Below are positions 12,259 to 24,408 of a stretch of 64,000 nt of DNA, in pieces. The stretch spans positions 7,599,797 to 7,663,796 of the forward strand of contig NC_069005.1 of NCBI RefSeq assembly GCF_001194135.2, in the 5' to 3' direction. Position 1 is the stretch's first letter; the number at the start of each line of letters is the position of its first letter. This DNA is from Octopus bimaculoides. Lineage: Eukaryota. The notes beneath the pieces were generated by a model. That model was not told the origin of the DNA, did no database searches, and saw only the letters and a list, made by a program, of their open reading frames with translations. Made by a program: the position numbers and the translations under genes.

Positions 12259-12651
12259 GGAGTGGCTGTGTGGTAAGTAGCTTACTTACAAACCACATGG
12301 TTCTGGGTTCAGTCTCACTGCGTGGCACCTTGGGCAAGTGTCTTCTGCTATAGCCTTGGGCCACCCAAAGCCTTGTGGGTGGATTTGGTAGATGGAAACT
12401 GAAAGAAGCCCGTCGTATGTATGTATATATATATATCTGTATGTGTATGTTTGCGTGTCTGTGTTTGTCCCCCCAACCTCGCTTGACAACCGATGCTGGT
12501 GTGTTTATGTCCCCGTAACTTAGCGGTTCGGCAAAAGAAACCGATAGAATAAGTACTAGGCTTACAAAGAGTAAGTCCTGGAGTCAATTTGCTCGACTAA
12601 AGGTGGTGCTCCAGCATGGCCACAGTCAAATGAGTGAAACAAGTAAAAGAG
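12259..12651 (+). mobile_element. SINE family A copy
   Basis: Full head-to-tail match to the other copies. Confidence 0.85.
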
Positions 12652-12720
12652 TATAGCAATAATAAAAAAAATGAAAATTTAAGGAAAAAGAAAAAAAAAA
12701 CTTTCTTTCTCTTTACTTAC

Positions 12721-12784
12721 TGGATTCTGTGTATGGCACAGATTCTCCCAAATAGTTACCAAGAGCTTCATCAATCTTTCGTGC
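12721..12784 (-). CDS. TOP3A: TOP3A exon: ARKIDEALGNYLGESVPYTES
   Basis: K.DEAL..Y.G motif; acceptor ttgtag, donor gtaagt; 64 nt. Confidence 0.9.
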
Positions 12785-13052
12785 CTACAATATTGACGCA
12801 ACAATAATCAGAATAAGTTTGAAACTAACTTTTAGAAGAAATAAAAGGGCTTGGATGCGGACATCCTCCTCCGAATTTTCACTCAAGAAGCTAAGCCAAG
12901 ATGAAGATTCTTATAGGGACATGAATAGTATGCAAGAAGAAGAAGAAGAAGAAAAAGAATGTATGATCAGGCAGTTTATATATGATTTCTTAACACAGCC
13001 ACTAAAACTGAAGTTATTCAGATGAGGAGCAGATAACGAAAGCATTACAAAC

Positions 13053-13111
13053 CTGTTCAACTGCTTTAATAAATACTTCTTTATATTTCCTTATCTGTGA
13101 CTGCAACACAT
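13053..13111 (-). CDS. TOP3A: TOP3A exon: (D)VLQSQIRKYKEVFIKAVEQ
   Basis: VL..Q..KYK.VFI.AV motif; acceptor ttccag, donor gtttgt; 59 nt. Confidence 0.92.
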
Positions 13112-13147
13112 CTGGAAAAATTTGAGAAGAACAAAACATATAACAAA

Positions 13148-13240
<93 letters not shown>

Positions 13241-13822
13241 TTTTAAAAGGATTGACGAAACTCTTCACAAAGGTCTTGTCTAATAATAATAATAGCAACA
13301 ATAATAATAATAATCATTTAACATCTTCCTTCCATGCTGGCATGGGTTGGACTGTTTGACAGGAGCTGGCCAGGCAGGAGCCTGCACCATGCTTCTGAGT
13401 GTGTTTTGGCATGGTTTTTATGGTTGGATGCCCTTCCTAACCCCAACCGCTCGGTAGAGTGGGTTGAGTGGTTTTTACACGGCACTTGCACAGGTGAGGT
13501 CAGTTTTGGCATGGTTTTTTTTATGCTGGATGCCTTTCCAAATGCCAACTACTTTACAGTGTGGACTGGGTACTTTTTAAGTGGCGCCTGCACTGGCAGG
13601 ATCACCAAAGTGACTTTTGCAAGGCAAAGAGTCTTTGAGAGGGGAGGGGGACACTGGAGAAGGTGATCTTGTGTCAGATGATGAAAGGTCAGGGTGTGAC
13701 AGAGAGGCAGAAACAGATGCCCTGCTGTAGAGGAAGTCCATGGCTATCCAGCCAGAGAAAGGGAGAGAGAGAGGAAAAGAAGGAGAGCTAGCAAGAACAA
13801 GGGTAGAAACACTTACCTAGAG

Positions 13823-14120
13823 CAGGGGTTTTCAAACTGTGGTCCGCGGACCACAGGGGGTCTGCAAGGACAAGACAGGGGGTCCGTGGACAGCAAATAC
13901 TTTTTATGGGCAATTTGATTTTATGTATGTTTATTAATCGAAATCTTTTAATTGACAATAAACCTATTTGTTAAATACTGTTAAATAAATAAATGTAAAA
14001 ATATATGTTATTTTAAGCAAATATTTATGTATAAATTTCATAAGCGTTTATAAGGGGAGTCCCTAAGGTAAAGCCTGAAATATAAAGGGGTCCGCAAGTC
14101 AAAAAGTTTGAAAACCCCTG
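13823..14120. mobile_element. hAT (Charlie-like) MITE, 298 bp, perfect 15-bp TIRs, 8-bp TSD ACCTAGAG
   Basis: CAGGGGTTTTCAAAC...GTTTGAAAACCCCTG; TSD at 13815-13822 and 14121-14128. Confidence 0.92.
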
Positions 14121-14294
14121 ACCTAGAGAGAGAGAGAGAGTGGGAGTTAACAAGAGGTGTGCTGTTGTAAAGGAGATAAATGGTTACCTAGCCAGAGGTA
14201 ATGGCAAGGGAGAGAGATTAATCAAGAATAAGGGCAGAAAGGGGTTTGTGCTGATTACTCAACCAGAAGGAAGAGCAAGGGAACGACGACGGCA

Positions 14295-14650
14295 ATGATG
14301 GCTGATTTAGTGGTTGTAGACAAAGAAAATAGAAAGTGCCAGATAATTGACTTTACAGTCCCAAATGATGAGAAAATCTATATGAGATATAGAAAAAAAA
14401 AAGAGAAAATAGCAATGTACCAGGACCTAGCCATTGAGTTACAGAGGGTGTGGAAAGTGCAGGTAAAATGTATCCCATTTGTTATAGGTACATTAGGAAC
14501 TATCCCTAAAGATTTAGGCAGAAGAAATAGAAGAAATAGGTATAAAGCCTGGTTTAGTGCAACTCCAGAAAGCAGTGTTATTAGGGACAGCAAGGATACT
14601 TAGGAAGGTTCTTGGCATCTAAGGTCACTTGTTGTAGCCTGATGTCAGGA
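14295..14650 (+). mobile_element. 5'-truncated non-LTR retrotransposon, R2/R4(Dong)-type restriction-like endonuclease C-terminus
   Basis: DLVVVDKENRKCQIIDFTVP...EK...YQDLAIELQRVW...IPFVIGTLGTIPK, then after a frameshift LQKAVLLGTARILRKVLGI*. Confidence 0.85.
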
Positions 14651-14770
14651 ATTTTTCTTTTCCAACAGTTTAATCTTTTGTGCACATATGAAATAATAAT
14701 AATAATAATGGTTTCCAATTATATTTGATAGGAATTTGAATGCTAAAGGGTTGATATTAAAAAATATTAC

Positions 14771-14799
14771 CTTCTTTAGTTTTCTGACCTCCACAGACC
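14771..14799 (-). CDS. TOP3A: TOP3A 29-nt micro-exon: VCGGQKTKE(D)
   Basis: Fills the expected IC.G.K.K segment; acceptor ttttgcag, donor gtaata; phase 2 to 1 fits both neighbours. Confidence 0.85.
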
Positions 14800-15927
14800 C
14801 TGCAAAAGAAAACAAAATAAAAGGGAGATATAAATAAAAAAACATATAAGTAAATAATTTTCAGTTGTTATTCTTGTGATGCAGTTTCAATTCTCTCTGA
14901 AGGAAGTATAACATTTGTAACAAAAGGAAACAAATAACTAAATTTGGCAGTTCTATTCAACACTCTTATGATGATGATGATCATCATCATCATCGTCGCT
15001 GTTGTTTAACGTCCACTTTCCATGCTGACCTCACTGGAATGATTTTCTAACGTGCCACCAGCATGTATATACTATATACCATGTTGTATTGTACGTCAGA
15101 AAATACGGCTTTAGTTTTAAACAGTTTCTACTGCAAAATAATTGTCATCATTATCATTAACATTTAGTGTTCGTTTTCCATGCTGGCATGGGTTGGATGA
15201 CTTCACAGGAACTGGTAAGGCCAGAAGCTGCACCAAGTTCCTTGGTTTGTTTTGGTTTAGTTTCTACAGCTGGATGCCCTTCCTAATGCCAACCACTTTA
15301 CAGAGTGCACAAGGTGCTTTTTACATGGCACCATCACCAGTGTTTTTTACATGGCACAAGCATCCACACCAATGCATTTTACATGACACCCTAGTTTTAG
15401 AATTTCAATTCTGTTGTGGTGGGCAGGTCTTCTTGAGTACAGCAATACACCATAAAATAATAATGCTGCAAATTTCTAAGAGTTAAATTTTACACTATAA
15501 GCAACATGTCTCTCTTTTAATGGCCACTGTTCAGAGAATTGTTATACGTAATGTATCTAGGCTGAACATCATACTGTATGTCCTTCCTTGTTTTATGACA
15601 GCAAGATATAGCTTGCAGATTTAGCTGCTATAACTAGCATATCAACTGACCACATACAGATTCCATTGCCAGAGGGTGAAGAGGTATAAAGTGAAGATGG
15701 TATGATCCTTTAGATATAATCTTTAGGTATAGACACATGCATGGTCTCAGGCCACTGTGTGACACATTGGGCAAGTGTCTTCTACTGTAGCCCTAGGCCA
15801 ATCAAAGTAAACATTAAAACATTCATGATGCTGTTGCTGATGCTGCTGTTGAAGAAGATGATGATAATGATGGTGATGTTGACCAAGAACTTCGTCAACA
15901 GAGGAAAATGGAAAATGAAATTCCTAC

Positions 15928-15997
15928 TTCTTTAAGTCTGCTTCCAGTTCTGCTCGTAGGTTTGGTTTGGACATGGCAAAACCCATTGCATCGTAAC
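15928..15997 (-). CDS. TOP3A: TOP3A exon: GYDAMGFAMSKPNLRAELEADLK(K)
   Basis: GYD.MG..MSKP.LRAELEADLK motif; acceptor aaacag, donor gtagga; 70 nt. Confidence 0.96.
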
Positions 15998-16314
15998 CTG
16001 TTTAATATAGAAAAGTCAAAGCATTACAGATGTGTGTGTGTGTGTGCGTTATGTTTGTGTGTGTGTGTGAGGGAGAGAGAGTTAGTAAGAAAAATCAGCA
16101 TACTGGAAAAAAAAATCTTGTGGTATTCAACTAGTATCCTGTCCCTTTACACCAAGGTGGACTTATCCTTTTAACCCATATGTCTTCAGTAAAATAAGTA
16201 TGAGACTGGGGTTGGTGTAAACAACTAAAACCAATGAAGGCCAGCAATGTCTGAATCCAAAGACAGAATCCAGTAAAAGTTTAAAAGAATAGAAATTTTG
16301 AAAACTCAAATACA

Positions 16315-16730
16315 TGAGGGCCACAAATTGCAGGGAGAACAGGAATAAACAAGAGACAGGGGTCAGACACACGAACAGGCACAAATTGTAGGGAGTACAG
16401 GAATAAACAGGAGACAGGGATCAGACACATAAATGGGCACAAATTGTAGGGAGTACAAGAATAAACAAGAGATAGGGGTCGGACATAGGAATGGGCACAA
16501 ATTGTAAGGAGGACAGGAATAAACAAGAGACAGGGGTCAGACACACGAATGGGCACAAATTGTAGGGAGTACAGAAATAAATGAGAGACAGGGGTCAGAC
16601 ACACAAACAGGCACAAATTGTTGGGAGGACAGGAATAAACAGGAGACATGGGTCAGACACATAAATGGGCACAAATTGTAGGGAGAACAAGAATAAACAC
16701 GTGACAAGGGTCAGAGATGCAAAGGGCACA
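16315..16730. repeat. 58-bp minisatellite, about 7 copies
   Basis: ACAAATTG anchors at 16323, 16381, 16439, 16497, 16555, 16613 and 16671. Confidence 0.95.
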
Positions 16731-16785
16731 CATGGTAAAGGACAGGCACAAATACAAGGGATACAAATAGAAAGGGTATAACTAC

Positions 16786-16899
16786 CTTCCACAAGTCCCA
16801 TTCCTAAATGTCCTGGAACAAACCTGCCGTCACCTCTCACTCCAACATAGTTTCTACTTTTGATGGTTTCAATGTGTTCCGCATGAGTGGCATCGGTAC
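16786..16899 (-). CDS. TOP3A: TOP3A exon: GTDATHAEHIETIKSRNYVGVRGDGRFVPGHLGMGLVE(G)
   Basis: GTDATHAEHIETIK motif; acceptor ttgcag, donor gtagtt; 114 nt. Confidence 0.97.
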
Positions 16900-17289
16900 C
16901 TGCAATGGACAGAATTATCATCATCATCATCATCTTCTTTTAACATCCATTTTCCATGCCGGCATGGGTTGGATGGTTTAACAGAAGCTTGCAAACCAGA
17001 AGACTGCTCCAAACTTCACAGTCTACAGCTGGATACCCTTCCTAAAGCCAACCACTTTATCATATGTACTAGATGCTACTCATGTGGCACCAGCACCAGT
17101 GAGGTCACCAAGTAACTTGCAAGACAGAGACCCTTCAACTGAGAGGAAGAGTAGTATGAAGGGAAGTGGCTTTGTGCCAGGTGACAAGAGCTTAAAGTAT
17201 GATAGAGGGACAGAAACAGGTGTCCTGCTGTAGAGGAGGGACATACCCTTAAATTATAGGGAGGTGAATATGAGTGTGAAAAATATATA

Positions 17290-18220
17290 TTAGCAACCGA
17301 GGCAGTAGCAATACTAAGCGGTAATATTTATCCCCACTTAAATGTGGATGTTCTATAAGAACAAACTATATTGCAGTAAATACCATAAGAGAAACTTTCA
17401 TACTGGATTTTGGGGTAAAATGCACTATTGTCTATATCACTAGTGGGAAGATAAATTCCCACCAACTCCAGTGCCAAGACCACCAGATCACGCATCTCAT
17501 AGCCAAATCTTCAGTGATAATGGACTGAACTGAACCATAACTAATCTCTACTTACTCTGATAACTCATGGATGGTGATTCGACAATTTCCTCTTTTCTAC
17601 TTTGACGTTTTTCTGTTTTCTGAAGTTGCGGCTCTCCCAAAACGTTTGTCAATGTCAACATTTTTCAGCCATCTTGGAAACGTTTGAACCACTCGTACAC
17701 TTGTGTGCAGCTCATACACACTTCTCCATAATATTTCGGCAACTTTGCACAGGCTTCTGAGCAGGTATCACCATGACAACTTTCTCTGTCATGGTCAAAG
17801 CAATGATCACATGCTAGACACCTTCCTTTAAGGCATTGCAGTAAACAGCAGAAATGAGCTAGAACATTAAGACTTAGCGTACATGCACAGCAGAGTTGGA
17901 GGTCAATCTCTGCCGAGTGGCTTCACTCTGTGTGCTTTAGCTTCGTTACTATGGCAACAGTCTGGATACTCACTGATCAGACCTTGTATATTAGCGACAG
18001 AGGCAGTAATAATACCAAGAGTTAATATTTGTCCCCACTTAAACGTGGATGCTCTGTTAGGACAAACTCATGTGATCTGGTGCTGGAGATGGCAAGAATT
18101 TATCTTCCCCCTAATGATGTAAACTAGAGTGCATTTTACACAAAAATCCAATATAGGAGTTTCTCTCATTGTGCCTACCACAGTATAGTTTATTCTAATA
18201 GAACATACGTTTAAGTGGGG
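17290..18220 (-). mobile_element. Non-autonomous mariner-like element with long imperfect inverted repeats and an N-terminal transposase relic
   Basis: About 17332-17495 is inverted relative to about 18071-18219; internal minus-strand peptide ...YYGEVCMSCTQVYEWFKRFQDG*..D.DKR.GR resembles the mariner HTH. Confidence 0.75.
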
Positions 18221-19011
18221 GGGGGGGATTATCATCATCATCAACAATGTCCACTTTACATGCTGGCATGGGTCAGATGGTTTGACTGGAACTGATAAGC
18301 CAGAGAGCTGCACCAAGTTCCAGTCTGATTTGACATGGTTTCAATGGCTGGATGCACTTCCTAACACCAACCACTCCGAGAGTGTAGTGGGTGCTTTTAT
18401 GTGCCACTGGCATGGGTGTGTTATGTGACACTGGCAACAGCCATGACTACAATTTCACTTGGCTTGACAAGTCTTCTGAAGCACAGCATATCACCAAAGG
18501 TCTCAGTTACTTGTCATTACCTCCGTGAGGTGCAACATCCGAAGATCATGCTTCACTACCGCATCTTATGTCTTCCTGAGTCTGTGTATGAAAAATCACA
18601 AAATGAATGGAAGCCAAAGAGGACTTGGGATGAAATGGTGAAGACAGATCTGAAGCCATTGCATCTCACAGAGGAGATGATAAATGCATTGATTAGGGGC
18701 TATTGATAAGGGGAAAGACCAGACCCCCCCCCCTTGCCCCACATCAAAGTATGGTGAAACAGATGTTAAAATTGAGCAAATATGTGTGTGTGTGTGTAGT
18801 TAGAAGTTTGCTTCCCGACCATATGGTTCCTGGTTCAGTCCCACAGCATGGCACTTTGGGCAAGTGTCCTCAGCTATAGTCCCAAGCTGGACAATAGTAA
18901 TGGTAATAATAGGAGAGGTGTTGGTGGTGGTGGAGACATTGATGTTGATGATGATGACAATAAAACTACAACAGTAACAAATTGCAAAACTGAGAAATTC
19001 TTGTTTCTTAC

Positions 19012-19090
19012 CAATGCCATGTTTTTCCATCAGAGAAATAAGATCAGCTTCTGAGAGTAAAGAGGGTGGTGAGGTTTTACCTGACAACAT
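19012..19090 (-). CDS. TOP3A: TOP3A exon: MLSGKTSPPSLLSEADLISLMEKHGI(G)
   Basis: TSPP.LL.EADLI.LMEKHGIG motif; acceptor ttccag, donor gtaaga; 79 nt. Confidence 0.97.
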
Positions 19091-19635
19091 CTGGAAAATT
19101 TTTTTAAAATTTAAATTAACATAGTAATAATTATTTCAACCATTTTACTACAGAAAACAGATACATCCACTCAAAATATCACAACCCTTAACTATTGGAA
19201 ACCATTTTATATACTAATCTATCTTTTGTTGAGGAATGTCATGGTTGAAACTATCTCTTTGGTAGATATTTATTTAACATGATTACTGGAATAACTATAA
19301 AATTTAATTTCACAGTGAAAGAGTTAAAATTAGTTAATTAAAATAAAAAGAGAATAAGGAATGTAATCAATGTCATAATCAACTTCGTTAGTGTAATCAT
19401 CCCCCTCATTTTTGCTATCATTGCTTAACCCTTTTACTGTTGAAATTAAATTTATCAAATCGAAATTTCATTACTCTTAATTGCAGAAAGTAGTTTTATA
19501 TACTAATCTGTTTTTTGTTGAGGAATGTCACATTTGAATCTATTTTCTGTTGAAATAATTCAAGTGTATTGAGGCAAAGTGATTTGCAGGAAAATACCAA
19601 TTCTATTTTTTTGGAGGATATTTTAGATATTTAAC

Positions 19636-19784
19636 TTTATTTACATTATTTACAATTGATGGATATTTGTCCTTATCTTGTTTGTTGTTAACGCAACGTT
19701 TCGGCTGATATACCCTCCAGCCTTCATCAGGTGTCTTGGGAAAATTTCGAACCTGGGTTCTCATTCCTAAGGTATTTTTTGATG

Positions 19785-19818
<34 letters not shown>

Positions 19819-19969
19819 TCAGGTCACTGCCTGGAATCGAACGATGAAGGCTGGAGGGTGTATCAACCGAAACGTTGTGTTAACAAACAAACAAGATGAG
19901 GACAAATATCCGTCAATTGTAAATAATTTAAATAACGTACATAATTCCTCATCTCTTAAATATAGAACA
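19636..19969. mobile_element. Penelope-like insertion with inverted pseudo-LTRs and 9-bp TSD ATATTTAAC
   Basis: About 83-bp inverted arms at 19646-19728 and 19843-19926; TSD at 19627-19635 and 19970-19978; carries the CTGATGA...GAAAC motif typical of Penelope pLTRs. Confidence 0.7.
19690..19735 (-). ncRNA. Minimal type I hammerhead ribozyme motif
   Basis: 5'-GACAC CUGAUGA A GGCUG-(10 nt)-CAGCC GAAAC GUU GCGUU-3': intact core boxes, 5-bp helix II, palindromic loopless helix III. Confidence 0.6.
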
Positions 19970-20989
19970 ATATTTAACTTAATTACTGGAGTAACCACGA
20001 AATTTAATTTCACAGTGAAAGGGTTAAAATTTAGTTAATTACAATATAAAGAAAATAAGAAGTGTTATCAATAGCACAATCAAGTTCGTTAATGTAATCA
20101 GCCTCATCATTGTTCCTACCATTGGTTAATCCTTTGCACTGTGGAAATCAGATGTATCTAATCAAAATTTCATTACTCTTAATTGCAGAAATCAGTTTTA
20201 TATCCCAATCTACCTTTTGTTGAAGAGTGTAATATTTGAAAGCATTACCTGTTGAGACATGTCAAGTTTATTGAGGCAATGTAATTTGCAGAAAATACCA
20301 ATTCTATTTTTGGTAGATATTTAACATCATTAATGGAATAACCATGGAATTTAATTTTGCAGTGAAAGGTTTAAATCAGAAGAAGAGAGGGATTTAAAAC
20401 GAAGGCAATTAATTGGATAATATGACTAAGCAATAATTATTTTGATTTTTAAATAGTAAATTTTTTTTTTTTAATTTATCAAAAATAATTGATTTCAAAC
20501 ATAGGTGCAGGGTAAAACATTTAGGAAGAACGAAATAAACTGACTTTATAATAGATTTTTCAATTAAACATTTGACTACAGTGGTCATGATGATGATGTT
20601 GGCAGTGGTGGAAATGGTAAGTGGTAGTGATGCTGATGCCAATGATGATGATGACAATAGAGATAGGGAGAACATGGAGGAAGAGAAGGAAAAGAGAGGT
20701 GGCAGAGGGAGGGTGGAGAGGAGCAAAGGGCAGAGGTAGAAAGAGGAGGCAGCTGGGTGGAGGAAAGGAAGTTTGGGAAGGGGGTAAGGAGTAAGAAAGG
20801 AGGAGGAGGAGGAGGAGGAAACAGGGCAGGTGGAATGAGGAGGGGCAGAGGGAGGAGGAGGGTTATATTGGTGATGACAAGGATGATGACAGTGATGGTA
20901 AGATGTGATTTTAATGCAGCTGTTACTACAGCTAACTGCTGGTGATGATGATGATGATCTTAGAGTCTGTCAGAAACCCTGTAACTTAC

Positions 20990-21040
20990 CTCCAGGGAAG
21001 TGGGTAGAAAACTTTGACCAACTTCGTAAATTGAAATTTC
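20990..21040 (-). CDS. TOP3A: TOP3A exon: EISIYEVGQSFLPTSLE
   Basis: Aligns to I.P.YE.G..F.P...E; acceptor ctgacag, donor gtaagt; 51 nt, phase 0. Confidence 0.88.
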
Positions 21041-21617
21041 CTGTCAGAAAGAAATTAAAAAAAGAATATTACAATTAGGCCTAGATGTGGCAGCAGAGAA
21101 AGAAGCTTGCTTCCCAACCACATAGTTCTGGGTTCAGTCCCAGTAGATTGACCCAAAGCCTCGTGAGTGAATTTGGCAGACAGAAACTGAAAGAAGCCCA
21201 TTGTTTGTCTTTGTGTTTGTGTGTGTGTGCGCGCATGTCTTTGTTTATGTTTGTCCCCCAACACCACTCAGCAACCAGTGTTGGTTTGTTTATGTCCCCG
21301 TAACTTAGCAGTTAGGCATTAGAGAGCAATAGAATAAGTACCAGGCTTTAAAAGATATAAGTCATGCCCCAGCATGAATGCAGTCTAATGACTGAAACAA
21401 GTATAAGATAAAAGATATTTTTATTGAGGCACAGACATGAGTGCGCAGTTAAGAAGTTTGCTTAACAACCACATGTTTTCAGGTTCAGTCCCACTACACG
21501 GCACCCCAGGGAAGCGTGTCCTACACAATCTCAAATCAAGACATTTTACGAAGCAAGCATAATTCCCCAAAGTTTAAAACAATAAACGATGAAGAATAAG
21601 AAAAAGCTGCAGCTCAC

Positions 21618-21692
21618 CTTATCCGACCATTTATCATAAGGGTAGACTTCCAGGTAGTTCTTGGCAAGAATCATCAAACCATTGGCAGAAAA
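21618..21692 (-). CDS. TOP3A: TOP3A exon: FSANGLMILAKNYLEVYPYDKWSDK
   Basis: GLMILA.NYL.VYPY..W motif; acceptor tttcag, donor gtgagc; 75 nt. Confidence 0.96.
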
Positions 21693-23935
21693 CTGAAATT
21701 GAACAGAATACAGATTACTAGACTAATATCAGTAGCAGCAGTAGCAGTAATAGTAACAGAAGTAGTAGTAGTAGTAGTAGTAGTTGTTGTTGTTGTTGTT
21801 GCTACTGCTGCTGCAGTATTGTTGCTCTTGTTTAGCCCCAGGTCAGCCTGTGTCTAGTAGACCAATCATCAAATATGATCTGATTTTCACCATGCCATTT
21901 GATATTTTTTTCTTTTGCAAGTATATAGTCTTAGGTATCAAATGTGTCTTTTCACTTTCTTTGAAGCTATAGGGGGTTCCTATAAGGTTGTTATCCACCC
22001 CTGATTAGAACTCTCCCGTATGACATGTACGCATGCTCAGTGACTTGCTTTAACAGTTGCAATCAGCTGAATGCACATTGCCAGTGACCTTTGACATAAT
22101 TACCCACACTCTGTGGTCAGGATTCTTTTTTTGGTTTGATGTCGGTATCGAAGGGATTACCAGACACCGGACAATACAGTGAGAGCAGCTTTCACTCACA
22201 TCATGGTATTCGATGCTGTGTACGTGTCTGTCATGGTAAAATATGCCACTCCTTAACTGTTGCTTTGCTTTCATCCGTAGCACGAGGTAATTATGTCATT
22301 ATCTGTGAAATTCAGCAACTTACAAAGATCTTTAGATCAGGCAATACTTCACCGAGAGGAGATATANNNNNNNNNNNNNNNNNNNNNNNNNNNNNNNNNN
22401 NNNNNNNNNNNNNNNNNNNNNNNNNNNNNNNNNNNNNNNNNNNNNNNNNNNNNNNNNNNNNNNNNNNNNNNNNNNNNNNNNNNNNNNNNNNNNNNNNNNN
22501 NNNNNNNNNNNNNNNNNNNNNNNNNNNNNNNNNNNNNNNNNNNNNNNNNNNNNNNNNNNNNNNNNNNNNNNNNNNNNNNNNNNNNNNNNNNNNNNNNNNN
22601 NNNNNNNNNNNNNNNNNNNNNNNNNNNNNNNNNNNNNNNNNNNNNNNNNNNNNNNNNNNNNNNNNNNNNNNNNNNNNNNNNNNNNNNNNNNNNNNNNNNN
22701 NNNNNNNNNNNNNNNNNNNNNNNNNNNNNNNNNNNNNNNNNNNNNNNNNNNNNNNNNNNNNNNNNNNNNNNNNNNNNNNNNNNNNNNNNNNNNNNNNNNN
22801 NNNNNNNNNNNNNNNNNNNNNNNNNNNNNNNNNNNNNNNNNNNNNNNNNNNNNNNNNNNNNNNNNNNNNNNNNNNNNNNNNNNNNNNNNNNNNNNNNNNN
22901 NNNNNNNNNNNNNNNNNNNNNNNNNNNNNNNNNNNNNNNNNNNNNNNNNNNNNNNNNNNNNNNNNNNNNNNNNNNNNNNNNNNNNNNNNNNNNNNNNNNN
23001 NNNNNNNNNNNNNNNNNNNNNNNNNNNNNNNNNNNNNNNNNNNNNNNNNNNNNNNNNNNNNNNNNNNNNNNNNNNNNNNNNNNNNNNNNNNNNNNNNNNN
23101 NNNNNNNNNNNNNNNNNNNNNNNNNNNNNNNNNNNNNNNNNNNNNNNNNNNNNNNNNNNNNNNNNNNNNNNNNNNNNNNNNNNNNNNNNNNNNNNNNNNN
23201 NNNNNNNNNNNNNNNNNNNNNNNNNNNNNNNNNNNNNNNNNNNNNNNNNNNNNNNNNNNNNNNNNNNNNNNNNNNNNNNNNNNNNNNNNNNNNNNNNNNN
23301 NNNNNNNNNNNNNNNNNNNNNNNAGCTAGTCATGAGTGGTCGATCCTATTATTTTTAAACTTCAAACTTCATTTGTTTTCTATTTTGATAAATTCTCTCT
23401 GTTGAAAATTATATTTTTATATTTTAAATAATTTGCAATTTCAGGAAATATGTTTTTATATTAAATTTGTGTTTTCTAATAAGGTGGACGAGTGATTGAT
23501 AGATAGATAGATATCAGTAAGTAAGTAAGCCAATAGCTCGCTCCGGCCAGTCATGGTATTAGCTGTCAGTAGCCAAAGAATCGACAGGCCAGCAACAGGC
23601 ATGCAGGCAGACAGACAGATACTTCACTAGCAGTGAGCACTTTCACTTCTGACAGCTAATAGCATGACAGTGCCGAAAGAACCACTACTTAGTCACTCAA
23701 TTTGTAATAGATACGATGGAAACGGTGACTAAATCTCCCTCAAATCCCACCCTACTGTCTTGAATAACAGAATACTTTCGCTAATGTAGGGCTAGATACA
23801 CTATATCTACAGACAGGGTAGGCACAAACGGAACAGCTTTGATCAGAGGTTTGCTGGATGAGGATGCAGCTTAAACAACAACTATAACGATTGTAAGCGT
23901 AAGCTGGGCTTATATAACAATAATTATGTTTGTTG

Positions 23936-24310
23936 GCACTCCGTCGATTACAATGTCGAGGGTTCCAGTTGATCCGATCAACGGAACAGCCTGCTCATAA
24001 AATTAACGTGCAAGTGGTTGAGCATTCCACAGACACGTGTACCCTTAACGTAGTTCTCGGGGATATTCAGCATGACACAGTGTGACAAGGCTGACCCTTT
24101 GAATTACAGGTACAACAGAAACAGGAAGTAAGAATGAGAGAAAGTTGTGCTGAAAGAGTACAGCAAGGTTCGCCACCATCCCCTGCCGGAGCCATGTGGA
24201 CCTTTAGGTGTTTTCGCTCAATAAACACTCACAACGCCCGGTCTGGGAATCGAAACCGCAATCCTATGAGCGCGAGTCCGCTGCCCTAACCACTGGGCCA
24301 TTGTGCCTCC
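23936..24310 (-). mobile_element. SINE family B copy
   Basis: Reverse complement of the 4366-4738 element. Confidence 0.85.
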
Positions 24311-24408
24311 ACTAACAATAATTATAATGCACCAACAAAGAAACTACAACATGGTTGTTTAGCATACTAAAAATAACAACCAAATCTCCATCACATCATA
24401 CTCTAATG

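Larger units (their letters stand above)
19150..20375. repeat. Tandem units of about 345 bp; a second array at 25750-26250
   Basis: CAGTGAAAG.GTT anchors at 19313, 20013 and 20360, and at 25758 and 26102; shared GCAGAAA..AGTTTTATAT...TTTTGTTGAGGAAT. Confidence 0.8.

Noticed and set aside
16315-16730. Regularly spaced repeats as a CRISPR array
   Set aside because: Eukaryotic context, whole units repeat with no unique spacers, and no cas genes.
22030-22366. Complex sequence with GT/AG-like sites next to the gap
   Set aside because: Translations do not match TOP3A or any family I can name; left unassigned.
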